Positions 30,811 to 40,910 of a DNA stretch of 64,000 nucleotides are shown piece by piece. Under the pieces are notes generated by a model. That model worked only from the letters and a program-made list of their open reading frames with translations. It made no database searches and was not told the DNA's origin. Origin of the DNA: Dehalococcoidia bacterium (GTDB taxonomy: Bacteria; Chloroflexota; Dehalococcoidia; Bin125); the NCBI GenBank assembly GCA_963662615.2, contig CAXXSR010000002.1, forward strand, positions 1 to 64,000, given 5' to 3'. The position numbers were made by a program, and so were the translations under genes. Position 1 is the first letter of the stretch; the number at the start of each line of letters is the position of its first letter.

Positions 30811-31077
30811 TCAATCGCTCTCACGGCTCGCAAGCGACTGGCGAAGCAACCGCATACCTGAGCGCTGAAAGCGCTAAACCTCGGCCACTGACCTATCGAG
30901 CCGTTTCGCAATTTCCGTACTTGAGAGGCCCTGCACGATTCGCAAGGTGACAACCTCCCGCTCCGGGGAAGGCAGGTTGAGGAGGAATGTCCGCACGAAA
31001 TAGTCGCTCTGCATGTCACCGACCGGCGGAAGGGCGTCTCTGCCCTGATCATCGGATTCCGCCTTCGCCGGCTTCAT
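30811..31077 (-). pseudogene. Sigma-70 region 4-only ORF with an in-frame TAG at 30874-30876
   Basis: LLNLPSPEREVVTLRIVQGLSSTEIAKRLDRSVAEV*RFQRSGMRLLRQSL. Confidence 0.7.
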
Positions 31078-31239
31078 AGGGGTTTCCCTGAGATTCGCGA
31101 CGCGCCAACTGGTCGATAATCGGACGCGCCAGCCGCCAGTGGTCCATATGGCATACTGTCCGTCGGAAACTGCGTCCTAAATTGAACTCTCCGTCGGATT
31201 CGCAGGCGGAAACCTATCCGGATTATCGGGGTTTGTTGG

Positions 31240-31300
31240 GGGTGCGCCCCACAGAGTTCGAACCCAAGACGATCGGATTGGGAAGCAGGCGATCAACCGG
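31240..31300 (-). other. Secondary att-like site 3: TTCCCAA plus a degenerate tRNA 3' half, after the recombinase stop
   Basis: Minus strand CCTGC TTCCCAA TCCGA TCGTC TTGGG TTCGAAC TCTGT GGGGCGC ACC; gap-free 45-nt alignment with the tRNA-Lys 3' half. Confidence 0.75.
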
Positions 31301-32048
31301 TAGCGTCCCCGCTGGCGAGGAGCCGCGTGAAGAGGGTGCCGAGGAGGTACTTGTTCATCGGGCGCCGTGGCTCACCCCACCGCGAGATAGTGAGGAACAA
31401 CGGCCCCTCGTCCTCCCCGCGGAAACGATCCACGTACTCGCGCAGCGCCGCCTCCGGCCCCTCCCCGAACGGCACGACCCGCTGCTTGCGCCCCTTGCCG
31501 TGGCGGATGTGGATCCGCTTGTCCTCCCAGGACACGTCCGCAAGGGTGAGCCGGTGCAGCTCCGCGTAGCGCATCCCGGTGTCGAGGAAGAGCAAGATGA
31601 TCGCCCGGTTGCGGCAGCCGTACTCCTCGGTCGAGTCGCAGAGCGCCAGCAGCGCCTGGATCTCCGCCTCTGTCAGCGGCTGGATCACCTTTTGCTCCAC
31701 CTTCACGTTGGCGATTCCCGTGAACGGGCTCGCGGCGCAGCCGCCCATCCGCGTGCACCAGGAGAAGAAGGCGCGCGTTTCGCGGAAGCGGCGGTGCCGG
31801 GTTCCCAGCGACACGCCGGAGTCAGTGATCGTCTTCATGAAGCGGTAGACGTCGGCCGGGCGGAAGGCGGCGACCCGATCGGGCAGCCCTTCCGCCACGC
31901 AGATCCTCAGGAAGCGGCTGAGTGTCTCGCGGTAGGCCTGGACTGTGCGGGGGCTCTTCCCTTCCACCTCGCAGGCCGCGAGATAGGCCGCGATCGCCTC
32001 ATCGAGGCCCATCCCATCGTCCGTGTAGCGCACCAGTTCCGCGACCAT
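31293..32048 (-). pseudogene. Tyrosine recombinase copy A with an in-frame 68-codon deletion of the catalytic C-terminus
   Basis: TLFTRL joins LASGDATG; the HRFRH, LGH and Tyr motifs of copies B and C are missing. Confidence 0.92.
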
Positions 32049-32187
32049 GATCGCCCCCTTTCGGCGTGTCCATGGACGCTCTGGCGGGGGACGAAGTCAA
32101 GCGAAAACCGGAGCAGAACTTTTGCAGTCCGCTGCTCCAGGCCCGAGTTCGGGCGGGTTTTCGGCGTGTCCTATTAATGAAGCGGGG

Positions 32188-32263
32188 TGGTGGGCCCTCA
32201 GGGATTCGAACCCTGGACCTTCGGATTAAAAGTCCGCTGCTCTGCCAACTGAGCTAAGGGCCC
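32188..32263 (-). tRNA. tRNA-Lys(UUU)
   Basis: GGGCCCTTAGCTCAGTTGGCAGAGCAGCGGACTTTTAATCCGAAGGTCCAGGGTTCGAATCCCTGAGGGCCCACCA; full cloverleaf with encoded CCA. Confidence 0.97.
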
Positions 32264-32468
32264 ACCGCAGTGTGCGCGAGATGCCGATACCTGTCGAGCA
32301 GCCACGGTCTCAGATCAGACAGAAGCCCCCAGGAACTGGACGACATCCTGCGTCGGCGCCGACTGCTGCCATCCGGATGCCCCCAAAACATTGTGAGCGC
32401 TCAACCGCCGGCGGCCGGATTGTCGCGGTCCACTTCGGAACGGACTTGGCGCGACAGGCTTGACGACC

Positions 32469-32939
32469 TCAGCGGGGCGACCGGGCGCGGACAGCGTCGC
32501 GGCATCCGCTCGAGATGCGCAGGCATGGAGGGGTGAGGCGCAGAACCAATTCGGCAGCAAGGAGCAAGCCCCCAGCGCCGAGCACCAACCACAGCATCGG
32601 TGGCGGGCCTGCTGATGAATCTGCATCCCTGGGTTCGACTACCCCCGCTGGCAGGAAGCGGGGAGCTTTGGGCGCCCCGCCTGAGCTGATTGCAGCGCTC
32701 ATGGCCATCGACGCCGCTACCCCCGTACGGGCTGCTCGGACGGCCGTCTCCATCCACCGCGCGCGCACGGCGTTGTGCCACGAGCCAACGAACCGTGGAC
32801 TCGCAGAGACGGCGATCACCAAGTCATCGCCGTGTCCGCTGGGCGCGGGAGCCGCGGCAATGGCTCGCGTGCCCCCTATGAAGGACAGCACCACGATTGC
32901 GACAGCGGCTACCAATGTGGAATTGCGGATGCGCATCAC
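32469..32939 (-). CDS. Hypothetical secreted/membrane-anchored protein, possibly decayed
   Basis: N-terminal signal-like segment and a C-terminal hydrophobic stretch. Confidence 0.35.
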   Translation of the reverse strand: MMRIRNSTLVAAVAIVVLSFIGGTRAIAAAPAPSGHGDDLVIAVSASPRFVGSWHNAVRARWMETAVRAARTGVAASMAMSAAISSGGAPKAPRFLPAGVVEPRDADSSAGPPPMLWLVLGAGGLLLAAELVLRLTPPCLRISSGCRDAVRARSPR

Positions 32940-33401
32940 GCTTCCGAGTTCGCCCCCGGCACCAGGCGGACTACTCTACGCGTCACGTCAACTCCGCTGC
33001 AACTCCTGTCTGAGACTGCCGCGGAAACCCCACGAGGTTCCGCAAGTGTCGGCTCTCTGCCACGACGACCCTTCGCCAGGGCTGCGGTCGGCCGGGTCGG
33101 AACGTCCGGGAGGTTGGGCGGATAGGATGCGCAGCCGGCGCCCCACGTCCTAGGCCCATGGATCGCGGACGTTCGCCCCTCTACGGGCCACGTCTCCACT
33201 GGCCGATGCTTGTTCTTTGGCGGCGGTCTGGCCTTGGCCGCCGTTGCCGGGCGAACGTGGGCAGTTCTGTGACGACGCCGCAGAATCGTCCGGTTGGGCC
33301 TGGCGAGCCAGCGTCGGACGGTGTTGGCGAGGTCGGGCCGGACTTTACTGCTCGGCGCTCTACCCGCTGATGTACCCTCAACTCACGAGAAAGGTGAACC
33401 G

Positions 33402-33734
33402 ATGCGGCCAGTGGCCCAGCATGTCTCGTTCTTCACTGCCAGGGCGAAACCGCGGAGGCGCGGGGCGGTGCTACGCCACTTCGAGAAGTGGGACCGCGAG
33501 CAGCGGCGCCACACGAAGGGCTTTCTCTGCTCCTCCGTCGCGGCGGGGCGAGACGACCCGAACGAGATCAGGGGCGCGGTATACTGGGACCGCAGCCGCA
33601 ACGACTACGCCAGTGCGGGACGGCTAGCGCAGAGCCAGAGGCGCCGGCGGTTGGTGGCGCTGCCGCAGAAGCCGCCACATTGGTGGGACGGCATGATCGG
33701 CGTAAAAACCCGCCGCGGCCGTCGAGAGACCTAG
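33402..33734 (+). CDS. ABM/dimeric alpha-beta barrel-like protein, possibly decayed
   Basis: AKP...KWDRE...KGF...DDPNEI..AV.W...P.WWDG pattern; GAAAGGTG RBS. Confidence 0.45.
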   Translation: MRPVAQHVSFFTARAKPRRRGAVLRHFEKWDREQRRHTKGFLCSSVAAGRDDPNEIRGAVYWDRSRNDYASAGRLAQSQRRRRLVALPQKPPHWWDGMIGVKTRRGRRET

Positions 33735-33867
33735 TTTTCGCGTTCTTCGCGCTCGGAGCGAACGGAGGACTCGCTCTACTGCGACGCGACCCGCGTGCAG
33801 GAGCGCGAGATCTCGCGGCGAATCGCCTCGACTCGGTACTACCTGCGCTTGGAGAGAGGAGAGCGGG

Positions 33868-34809
33868 ATGGAGCAGATACGGGCGGTGGTGGTGGATCCG
33901 GCTGCAACAGGCCGCCTCGTCATCGGGGAATTCCCGCCGCCGTCCCCTGATCCCTCCGAAGCGCTCATCCGCGTTGCGGCCTTCTCCCTCAACCTGGGCG
34001 AGGTGCGCCGGTCGCGGGCGGCCCAGGCGGGAGCGCGGCCGGGTTGGGATCTCGCTGGCACGGTCGAACGGGCGGCGGCGGACGGGAGCGGGCCGCCGCT
34101 GGGCGCGCGCGTCGTCGGCCTGCTGCTCGCTGGGTCCTGGGCGGAGATTGTAGCGGTACCGACGAACGCCCTTGCCGTGGTGCCCGACGCTGTCTCTCTC
34201 GCCCAGGCGGCCACGCTCCCCATCGCCGGCCTCACGGCGCTGTACTCCCTCGACACCTGCGGAGCGCTCCTCGGCCGAACCCTCTTGGTCACGGGCGCCT
34301 CCGGCGGCGTTGGCCATTTCGCCTGCCAGCTCGCTCGGCGCGCGGGTGCGCGTGTGATCGCGTCGGTCCGGCGGCCTGAGCGCGAGCAGTATGCGCGCGA
34401 CGCGGGCGCCCACACGGTCGTCAGTGGCGAGGACCTGTCGCAGGCAGCGCCGTTCGGCCCCTATGACTTCATTCTGGAATCTGTTGGGGGCACGTCTCTT
34501 ACCTCCACGCTGTCCATGCTGGCTCCCCAAGGTCTCTGCGTGCTCTACGGCGTCTCCGCCTCCACGGACGTGACGTTCGATGCCGGTCAGTTCATGCGGA
34601 CTGGCGGGGCCAGGCTCTACGGCTTCATCGTCTTCCACGAGCTAAAAAGGAAGCCGGCGTCGGATGGGCTCGCTCGCCTGGTCGACTTCGTTACTCGCGG
34701 CCAACTGCACCCGCACATTGAAGTGGAGACGCCCTGGACCGAGATCGGTGAGGTCGCGCAGACGCTCTTCGACCGTGGCATCGCCGGCAAGGCCGTGCTG
34801 CTCCTGTAG
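33868..34809 (+). CDS. MDR-family NADPH:quinone reductase-like dehydrogenase
   Basis: QAATLPIAGLTAL, LVTGASGGVG, GKAVL. Confidence 0.9.
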   Translation: MEQIRAVVVDPAATGRLVIGEFPPPSPDPSEALIRVAAFSLNLGEVRRSRAAQAGARPGWDLAGTVERAAADGSGPPLGARVVGLLLAGSWAEIVAVPTNALAVVPDAVSLAQAATLPIAGLTALYSLDTCGALLGRTLLVTGASGGVGHFACQLARRAGARVIASVRRPEREQYARDAGAHTVVSGEDLSQAAPFGPYDFILESVGGTSLTSTLSMLAPQGLCVLYGVSASTDVTFDAGQFMRTGGARLYGFIVFHELKRKPASDGLARLVDFVTRGQLHPHIEVETPWTEIGEVAQTLFDRGIAGKAVLLL

Positions 34810-34893
34810 GCCGGCCCCGGCGTTCCCAGGCCCGCGGACATGGAGTGGGCCGGCCTTCCCCCCGCTCGCCCGCTGCAATATCGAGGTAGACAA

Positions 34894-36141
34894 TCACGCT
34901 CGCCGAATGCCGACGTATAGGACGAGCGCGGCTGTCGCCGCAAAGGCGGCCCAAACCCAAGCCGGAGCGGACGAGCTGCCGCCAGCTGCCAGGCCGCCAT
35001 TTCCAGCGGCGGGCAAGACGGCAGGCGATCGCATGACCTTGAAGACGTTGTGGCTCTCTTGCCCGGTCACGTAGACGATCCCGTCCGGTGTGACCGCGAT
35101 GCCTGCCAGCTCGCTGAGCGCGTGGATTCCGTCACCGCCGGCGTCCAGGATCTGCGTGATTGAGCCGTCCGGAGTGACGCGGAACACGTTGTCGCTCCGG
35201 AAACCGAGCACGTACACGTTGCCCGCGGCATCGATGGCGACATCCACGGGCGTGTCAAGCGCGTGCATCCCGTCGCCTGTGGAATCAAGAATCTGAGTAA
35301 CGCGGCCGCTCGGCTCGAGTTTGAACACATTGTCGCTCGTGAATCCCGCCACGTACACGTTCCCGTCCGGACCGGCCGCAACGTCCGCTGGCCCGTCGAG
35401 CGCGTGCCTCCCATCGCCAGTCGCGTCGAGGACTTGCGTGATAGAACCGTCCGAGCGGATCCGAAACACGTTGCCCGTGCGTTCCGCACTGACATAAACG
35501 TTGCCCGCCGCATCAGCGGTGATCCCCGTCGGAATGTCGAGAGCGTTCATCCCGTCGCCATTCTTGTCGATGATCTGCGTCACGATTCCGCCTGGAGTGA
35601 TCCGGAACACGTTGTCGCTAAGGATGCCCACGACGTATACGTTTTCAGCTCGGTCGATGATGATCTCAGTGCCACCCATGAACCGACCCAATCCGGCGCC
35701 CGTTGCGTCAAGGATCGTGGTAACGACGCCGTCCGGCGTCCTCTCGTAGAGGAACTGGGTATTGGTTGGATCCTCGCCACGCGCTGTGACGTAGACTGCA
35801 CCATCGCCACGGACTGCCACGCGCTCTGGGATACTGAGCCCATGCACTCCATCGCCACTCGCATCCAGGATCTGCTTGATGGTGCCGTCCGGTGCGATCC
35901 GAAAGACGTTATCGCTCTTTAGTCCGACGACATACACGTTCCCGTCTCGATCAACAGCAATGCCCCGGGGGGAACGGAGGGCATGCGTGCCATCACCACT
36001 CGCATCGAGGATTTGTGTGACGGTATAGCGCTCGTCGCGGCCGTCCGCGTTCGCAGGGGCGAATAGAACCGCAACCGCCGCCAGAGCGGCAAAGGACAGC
36101 AGCCCAAGAACCATCGCCCGCCTCCGCAACGCGACGCGCAT
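34894..36141 (-). CDS. Secreted NHL-repeat beta-propeller protein with an LPxxG-TM-basic tail
   Basis: About seven repeats of P.GIAVD..GNVYV.G..SDNVF(R/K)I.PDG..TQILD..GDG; C-terminal LPAAG, hydrophobic helix, RRA. Confidence 0.85.
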   Translation of the reverse strand: MRVALRRRAMVLGLLSFAALAAVAVLFAPANADGRDERYTVTQILDASGDGTHALRSPRGIAVDRDGNVYVVGLKSDNVFRIAPDGTIKQILDASGDGVHGLSIPERVAVRGDGAVYVTARGEDPTNTQFLYERTPDGVVTTILDATGAGLGRFMGGTEIIIDRAENVYVVGILSDNVFRITPGGIVTQIIDKNGDGMNALDIPTGITADAAGNVYVSAERTGNVFRIRSDGSITQVLDATGDGRHALDGPADVAAGPDGNVYVAGFTSDNVFKLEPSGRVTQILDSTGDGMHALDTPVDVAIDAAGNVYVLGFRSDNVFRVTPDGSITQILDAGGDGIHALSELAGIAVTPDGIVYVTGQESHNVFKVMRSPAVLPAAGNGGLAAGGSSSAPAWVWAAFAATAALVLYVGIRRA

Positions 36142-36552
36142 GCTCAAGACCCTCTCTGCAGCCAGACGGCGCAGGAGCCCGTGAGGTTCCGCTCAATCTT
36201 AAGACAGCTCGCTGCCCGCTTGAGTCGATCATGGAACGAGACCTCGGGGAAGCCCAAACGGGCGAAGTCGTCCGTCTCGGCTCGGGTTCCAGCAGCCCGC
36301 AGCGTGTCTGAGTGCAGGGACTGGGCGCAGGGGCACGGACTGCTGTAGAATCGACCACGCCTTCGACCCCGCCCGCTGCAAGACGAGCCAGATCGACGCA
36401 ACGGGGTGCCGCGGGGCCGGCAACCCCAGGTCGTCGTCGGTCGCGGCACACGCGATCGGGGATCGTCGGCGATGCGGGGCGTCGAGCATCTGGACACGCC
36501 GGCGACACCGTCTCGCACGGGGCGGGGCTTGAAGTCGCCGGGGGAGGCTGAA

Positions 36553-37347
36553 ATGGCAACGTCACTGACCGATGCGCAGGTGCAAGAGGCTGCAGACTTC
36601 CTGCTGGCGACGCGTGCGACTGGGGGGTCGATCGACCCCATCCCGGAGGGGTGCCGGCCGGCGACCATCGCGGACGGATGCCGGGTCTCGGAGGTCGTTG
36701 CGCGCGGGCTGAACAAACGGCCGGTCGGTTGGAAGGCGGGCGCCTCAAGCCCCGCGGCGATGCGGGAGCTCGGGTCCGACGCCCCACCCAGCGGCCCCTT
36801 GTACGACGGGATGTTGCGGGACAGTCCCGCCCAGCTGCGTGCGGCTGACTATCAGACATGCGTCATTGAGGCCGAGATCGCGTTCCGCTTGGCGCACGAC
36901 CTACCCCCGCGCGACGCACCGTACACAGAGGATGAAGTCCGTGACGCCGTCGCATCCGCGCACATCGCCATTGAAGCGCCCAACGTCCGCTTCGCTGCCG
37001 GCCGTGAGATCGGGCTGCCCAGCATCATCGCCGACGGTTTCGCCGCCCAGTCCCTCGTCATCGGACCGGCGATCGAACGCTGGCGCGAAGACGACCTCAC
37101 CAAACTCGACGTGGAATTGCTCTTCGACGGGGATGTCATTGCGCGCGGCTTCGAGGGCGACGCACGCTGCGATCCCCTGGCGGTCTTGCGCGCGGTGGCG
37201 AACGACCTCTCACGACGGGGCATGGGGCTCGCGGCGGGTCAGGTCGTCACGACCGGCGCCGCCGCGCCGGCGACACCGGCCCAGCCGGGCCAGACCGCCA
37301 TTGCGCGATTCGCCGGCATCGGCGACGTGGTTGCCACGCTGGCGTAG
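36553..37347 (+). CDS. 2-keto-4-pentenoate hydratase / FAH-family protein
   Basis: VGWKAG, IEAEIAF, AIE, IIAD, LAAGQVVTTG. Confidence 0.87.
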   Translation: MATSLTDAQVQEAADFLLATRATGGSIDPIPEGCRPATIADGCRVSEVVARGLNKRPVGWKAGASSPAAMRELGSDAPPSGPLYDGMLRDSPAQLRAADYQTCVIEAEIAFRLAHDLPPRDAPYTEDEVRDAVASAHIAIEAPNVRFAAGREIGLPSIIADGFAAQSLVIGPAIERWREDDLTKLDVELLFDGDVIARGFEGDARCDPLAVLRAVANDLSRRGMGLAAGQVVTTGAAAPATPAQPGQTAIARFAGIGDVVATLA

Positions 37348-37513
37348 CTCCCCCGCGCGCGATGGCCACCGCGTTCGGAGCGACCGCGCCGAGACGATTC
37401 GCCCTGCAAAAGGCGAGCGCTGTCTCAGCCGGCGCCGTCCGCCATCCCCCGCGACGGCGAACGATCGCGGCGCTTGCCATGCCGGCGAAAGTCGCCACCC
37501 ATCCATCGGCCCG

Positions 37514-38368
37514 TCACGTCGCGGGGGCAACGAGTCGCTCGCTGATCTCCCACAATCGTCGTGCCGCGTCCCCGTCCGCGGCGGCGCCTGACAGGTGCTC
37601 CCGCTTCATCCGCTTGAAGTAGGCCCCGCTTGGCGCGCTGATGTCCGCGGCCGTTGCCAGGAGCACAATGGGCGCCGCCCCCTTGCTCGGAGACATGAGG
37701 AAGCGCTTCACAACCCACCACCCAACCCCTTCCAGCCCCGTCAGCTCGCCGTCGCCTCCGAGCTCGGTTCGGACTGTGCCCGGGTGCACGGCGTAGACAG
37801 TCACGTCCCCTTCGCCCAGCCGACGGGCCAGCTCCCGGGTGAAGTAGATGTTGGCCAGCTTCGACGCGGCGTAAGCCCGCAGGGCGCTGTAGCCCCCTTC
37901 GAGCTGCAGGTCGTCGAAGTTGAGCCCATCGCGCTCCCGCCGGTATGTCTGTGAGCTCACGTTGATGATGCGAGCAGGGGCACTGGCCTGGAGCCGGTCC
38001 AGCAGCAACGAGGTCAAGAGGAAATGCCCCAAGTGGTTCACCTGGAACGTGACCTCGTAGCCGTCCGCGCTGATCGCCCGCCGGGACCGAATCGTGCCGG
38101 CGTTGTTCACCAGTACGTCCAGGCGGTCATACCGTTCCCGGAAGATTGATGCACACCGGCGCACCGACGCGAGATCGGCCAGGTCCAGCGCCAGCCAGTC
38201 CACGGCGGCGCTGCCGTTCTCCCTCCGTACCGCCGCCACGGCGGCTTCGCCCCGCTCCGATCGACGCGCGGCAATGACGACGCGGAAGTTCTGCTGCGCG
38301 AGCGCGAGCGCCACCGCATTGCCGATCCCTGCGTTGCCGCCGGTGATCAACGCCGTGGGTGCGGACAT
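37514..38368 (-). CDS. SDR oxidoreductase (retinol dehydrogenase-like)
   Basis: TGGNAGIG, NNAG, NHLGHF, YAASK, HPG. Confidence 0.93.
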   Translation of the reverse strand: MSAPTALITGGNAGIGNAVALALAQQNFRVVIAARRSERGEAAVAAVRRENGSAAVDWLALDLADLASVRRCASIFRERYDRLDVLVNNAGTIRSRRAISADGYEVTFQVNHLGHFLLTSLLLDRLQASAPARIINVSSQTYRRERDGLNFDDLQLEGGYSALRAYAASKLANIYFTRELARRLGEGDVTVYAVHPGTVRTELGGDGELTGLEGVGWWVVKRFLMSPSKGAAPIVLLATAADISAPSGAYFKRMKREHLSGAAADGDAARRLWEISERLVAPAT

Positions 38369-38414
38369 GTTCCAATTCTGCCACAGTCGCGCGAAGTTTT
38401 GGGACGCGCCCCAC

Positions 38415-39545
38415 TTAGCGCCGTAGCTGCTCCACGCTGCGCAGCGGACGCCCGTCGCTGGTGGTCAGCGGGACCGTCACCGGCTCCTGGTGTGCCCCGA
38501 ACGTTGGCAGCCACGATGAGTGCTTGCCCGGCCCGCCCGCCACGATGACGTGGATATACTCCGGCGCCTCGGCAATGGCGAGTTCGCTGTCTTCGTCGAT
38601 GACGAGCGGCGTATCCGGATCGTGCGTGGCGACCATCTCGCGGAACTCCTCCGAGAGCTTGCGGGCTGGGAAGCGGGCGTTCGTCCACAGGTACTCCTGC
38701 ACCGCCTCGCGGCTCCAGCCCTCCGCCGCAATGGTGGCGGCATGCTCGGGGCCCAGAGCGAGAAACGGCTCTCCCTGGCTCCAAATGTTGTTGCTGCCGG
38801 CCTGCCCCATGGCTCCGGCAACGGTACGAAGGATGCCCTCAGCCGTGTTGCTGCCGTGGTCCTGGATGTTGTGGGGCCCCTCGCAGGCGCAGATGGTCAC
38901 CGCACTCTGCTCGGGCCGCAATCCGCGCGTTGTATGAAAGGGTGGCCACGGGCTGGCATCCTCACGCTCGGCAATGCACAGAGCGAACTTGGCCGGCGTC
39001 CCCTGCGTGGCGCGGTCGCCGCGGCCGGGCACTGCCCGACCAACGTTGAGGAGCACCAGTCGCACCGCCCGACCAATGGCAGCGTTGGCGGGGAAGGTCG
39101 GCCCGAAGCAGCCGCTGCCGCTGTGGATGCCGACCTCCGGCCCCACCGGGCCATTGACCAACACGAAGATGGCGCAGGGGTGCGTGGTGGCGTTGACGGA
39201 ATCGATGTTGAAGGCGGGGTTGGCGAGGCCGCGAACGGCCGCCACCACGATGGGGAAGTGGCGCGGCTCGCAGCCGGCCATCACGGCGTTCACCGCAACG
39301 GCCTGCACCGTCGCCTCGCCCTGGCCCGGAGCAATCACGGCCAGCACGTCAAGGGGGGCAAGATCGCAGTAGCGGAGCATGCTGTCGACCCGCTCCTCGG
39401 TGGGCGGGATCAGCGGCAGGCCATCCGACCAGCCCCTCGCAATGCCCTCGCGGTGAAAGGCCTCGGCGTCGGCCGGCAGCTCGAGCGCCTCTGCCCAACG
39501 GCCACCGCCCAGCAACGACGGCGGCGCGCTACTGCTCGGGCTCAT
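38415..39545 (-). CDS. Conserved protein of unknown function accompanying a UGSC-family protein
   Basis: GWSDGLPLIPPTEERV, AVNAVMAGC, NAAIGRA, IVAGGPG motifs; directly downstream of the UGSC ORF. Confidence 0.8.
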   Translation of the reverse strand: MSPSSSAPPSLLGGGRWAEALELPADAEAFHREGIARGWSDGLPLIPPTEERVDSMLRYCDLAPLDVLAVIAPGQGEATVQAVAVNAVMAGCEPRHFPIVVAAVRGLANPAFNIDSVNATTHPCAIFVLVNGPVGPEVGIHSGSGCFGPTFPANAAIGRAVRLVLLNVGRAVPGRGDRATQGTPAKFALCIAEREDASPWPPFHTTRGLRPEQSAVTICACEGPHNIQDHGSNTAEGILRTVAGAMGQAGSNNIWSQGEPFLALGPEHAATIAAEGWSREAVQEYLWTNARFPARKLSEEFREMVATHDPDTPLVIDEDSELAIAEAPEYIHVIVAGGPGKHSSWLPTFGAHQEPVTVPLTTSDGRPLRSVEQLRR

Positions 39546-39558
39546 TCGGCAACGCCGT

Positions 39559-40092
39559 TCATGCGGAGTCCGTCAGCGCGGCCAACAGCTCGTCCACCGT
39601 GGGCGTCGCCTTCGTTCGCACGGCCTCCGGCTTGAGTCCGCCAATCGGATGCGGCACCAGCACGTGTGCCAAGTCAGGGAGACCGCGCTGCTCGGCCTCT
39701 AGATGGAGCAGATCCGTGAACTCGTCGGTGCCCACGGTCACGGTGGGGATTCCCTTGCTCTCCAACAGGACGGCGGCGTGGACACTCCACGTCGTGCACG
39801 ATCCTCAATCGCTTGACCCGACGAGGACGAAGTCACATTGGGAGGTGAGTCGCTCGACGGCGGCGCGGCTGGGCGGGCCCGCCACCGGCTTCCTTTCCAC
39901 CGTCAGATCACCCAGGGACGCCCGCCCCCGCAGCGCTTCAACCATCGCCTCCATTAGGACGCGCGCGTTCGCCTTGCGGTTCTCAAGGATGCCGGGGCGT
40001 AACCCCTCCAGCGACGCTGGCCGCGCCGCCGCCTCCATTTCCGGGATGCGGGCGTGCCCAACCGGGCTGAGAATGCGGACAGTATTCGCCAT
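39559..40092 (-). CDS. UGSC-family selenoprotein (Sec at TGA 39805-39807)
   Basis: Two ORFs in one frame read VLVGSSD-U-GSCTTWSVH...ESKGIPTV...VPHP; hairpin CGTGGA-GTG-TCCACG 13 nt after the TGA. Confidence 0.85.
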
Positions 40093-40349
40093 CGGCTTTA
40101 CTCCTCATCCAGCTTGGCGTCGACGAGCCCGTTGAAAGCGGCTGCCGGGAGCGGGGATCAGTCTGGCACCCTCATCGTGGTCCCGAAGTTCGGGGAGGAT
40201 CGCTCCCGCCATCCAGGCGGTTCGCGGCGGGTCCTCGCGGGATGCGCAAGATCTGACGCCGATCTCGATGCCGCTGCCGTCCATCGCTATCCTCCCCGCA
40301 CGGGAGCCGTCAGGGTAGTCTACCGCCAGAGACGAGAGGAGCGCGCCAC

Positions 40350-40721
40350 ATGCGAATCGTTCGCTTTTACACCGGCAGCGACAACCAGTCCCATTTCGAG
40401 GAGATCGACGTCCCCCTCGGCAACGCCCGCAGCGGCCGCGAGTCCGAACTGCTGGCCGCCAGGGGCGTGATCTTTCGGGAGACGGAGGCCGGGCAGGAGA
40501 TGGATTTTCATAATGCGCCGCGCCGGCAGTTCGTCATCAACCTAGAAGGCGAGTTCGAGATCGAATGTGGCGACGGCAGCAAGCGACGCTTCGGCCCCGG
40601 CGAGATCGTCCTGGCCGACGATACCACGGGACAGGGACACATCACCCGATCCATGGGGCGCCGGCGCATGCTCTTCGTCGCGCTGCCCGATGATTTTGAC
40701 GTGGATTCGTTGCGCGGCTGA
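40350..40721 (+). CDS. Cupin-domain protein
   Basis: SHFEE, FHNAPRRQFV, DDTTGQGH. Confidence 0.85.
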   Translation: MRIVRFYTGSDNQSHFEEIDVPLGNARSGRESELLAARGVIFRETEAGQEMDFHNAPRRQFVINLEGEFEIECGDGSKRRFGPGEIVLADDTTGQGHITRSMGRRRMLFVALPDDFDVDSLRG

Positions 40722-40862
40722 AGCCGGCGGGCGGCTCGCCTGCCCCACGAGTCTGGCCCCTGAGCGCCGCCGTGCGGCGCGCTGGCGCGGTGGGAGGGGG
40801 AACCTCGCGTCGCATCTTTGGCGGTAGCGACCTACAGGTGAAAGCCCGCTTGTGCACTTCGC

Positions 40863-40881
40863 CTTCATCTCCTCTTCATCT
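40863..40881 (+). promoter_or_regulatory. Tandem direct repeat CTTCATC-N4-CTTCATC, putative OmpR-family binding site
   Basis: 11-bp period upstream of the response regulator; same motif at 43015-43032. Confidence 0.6.
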
Positions 40882-40910
40882 CCCCCGTGCGACAATCAAC
40901 GGACGTCACA

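Larger units (their letters stand above)
19630..32234 (-). mobile_element. Integrative element A (~12.6 kb), proximal to tRNA-Lys
   Basis: Between the intact tRNA-Lys and the att repeat at 19585-19629; recombinase copy A adjacent to the tRNA. Confidence 0.88.
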
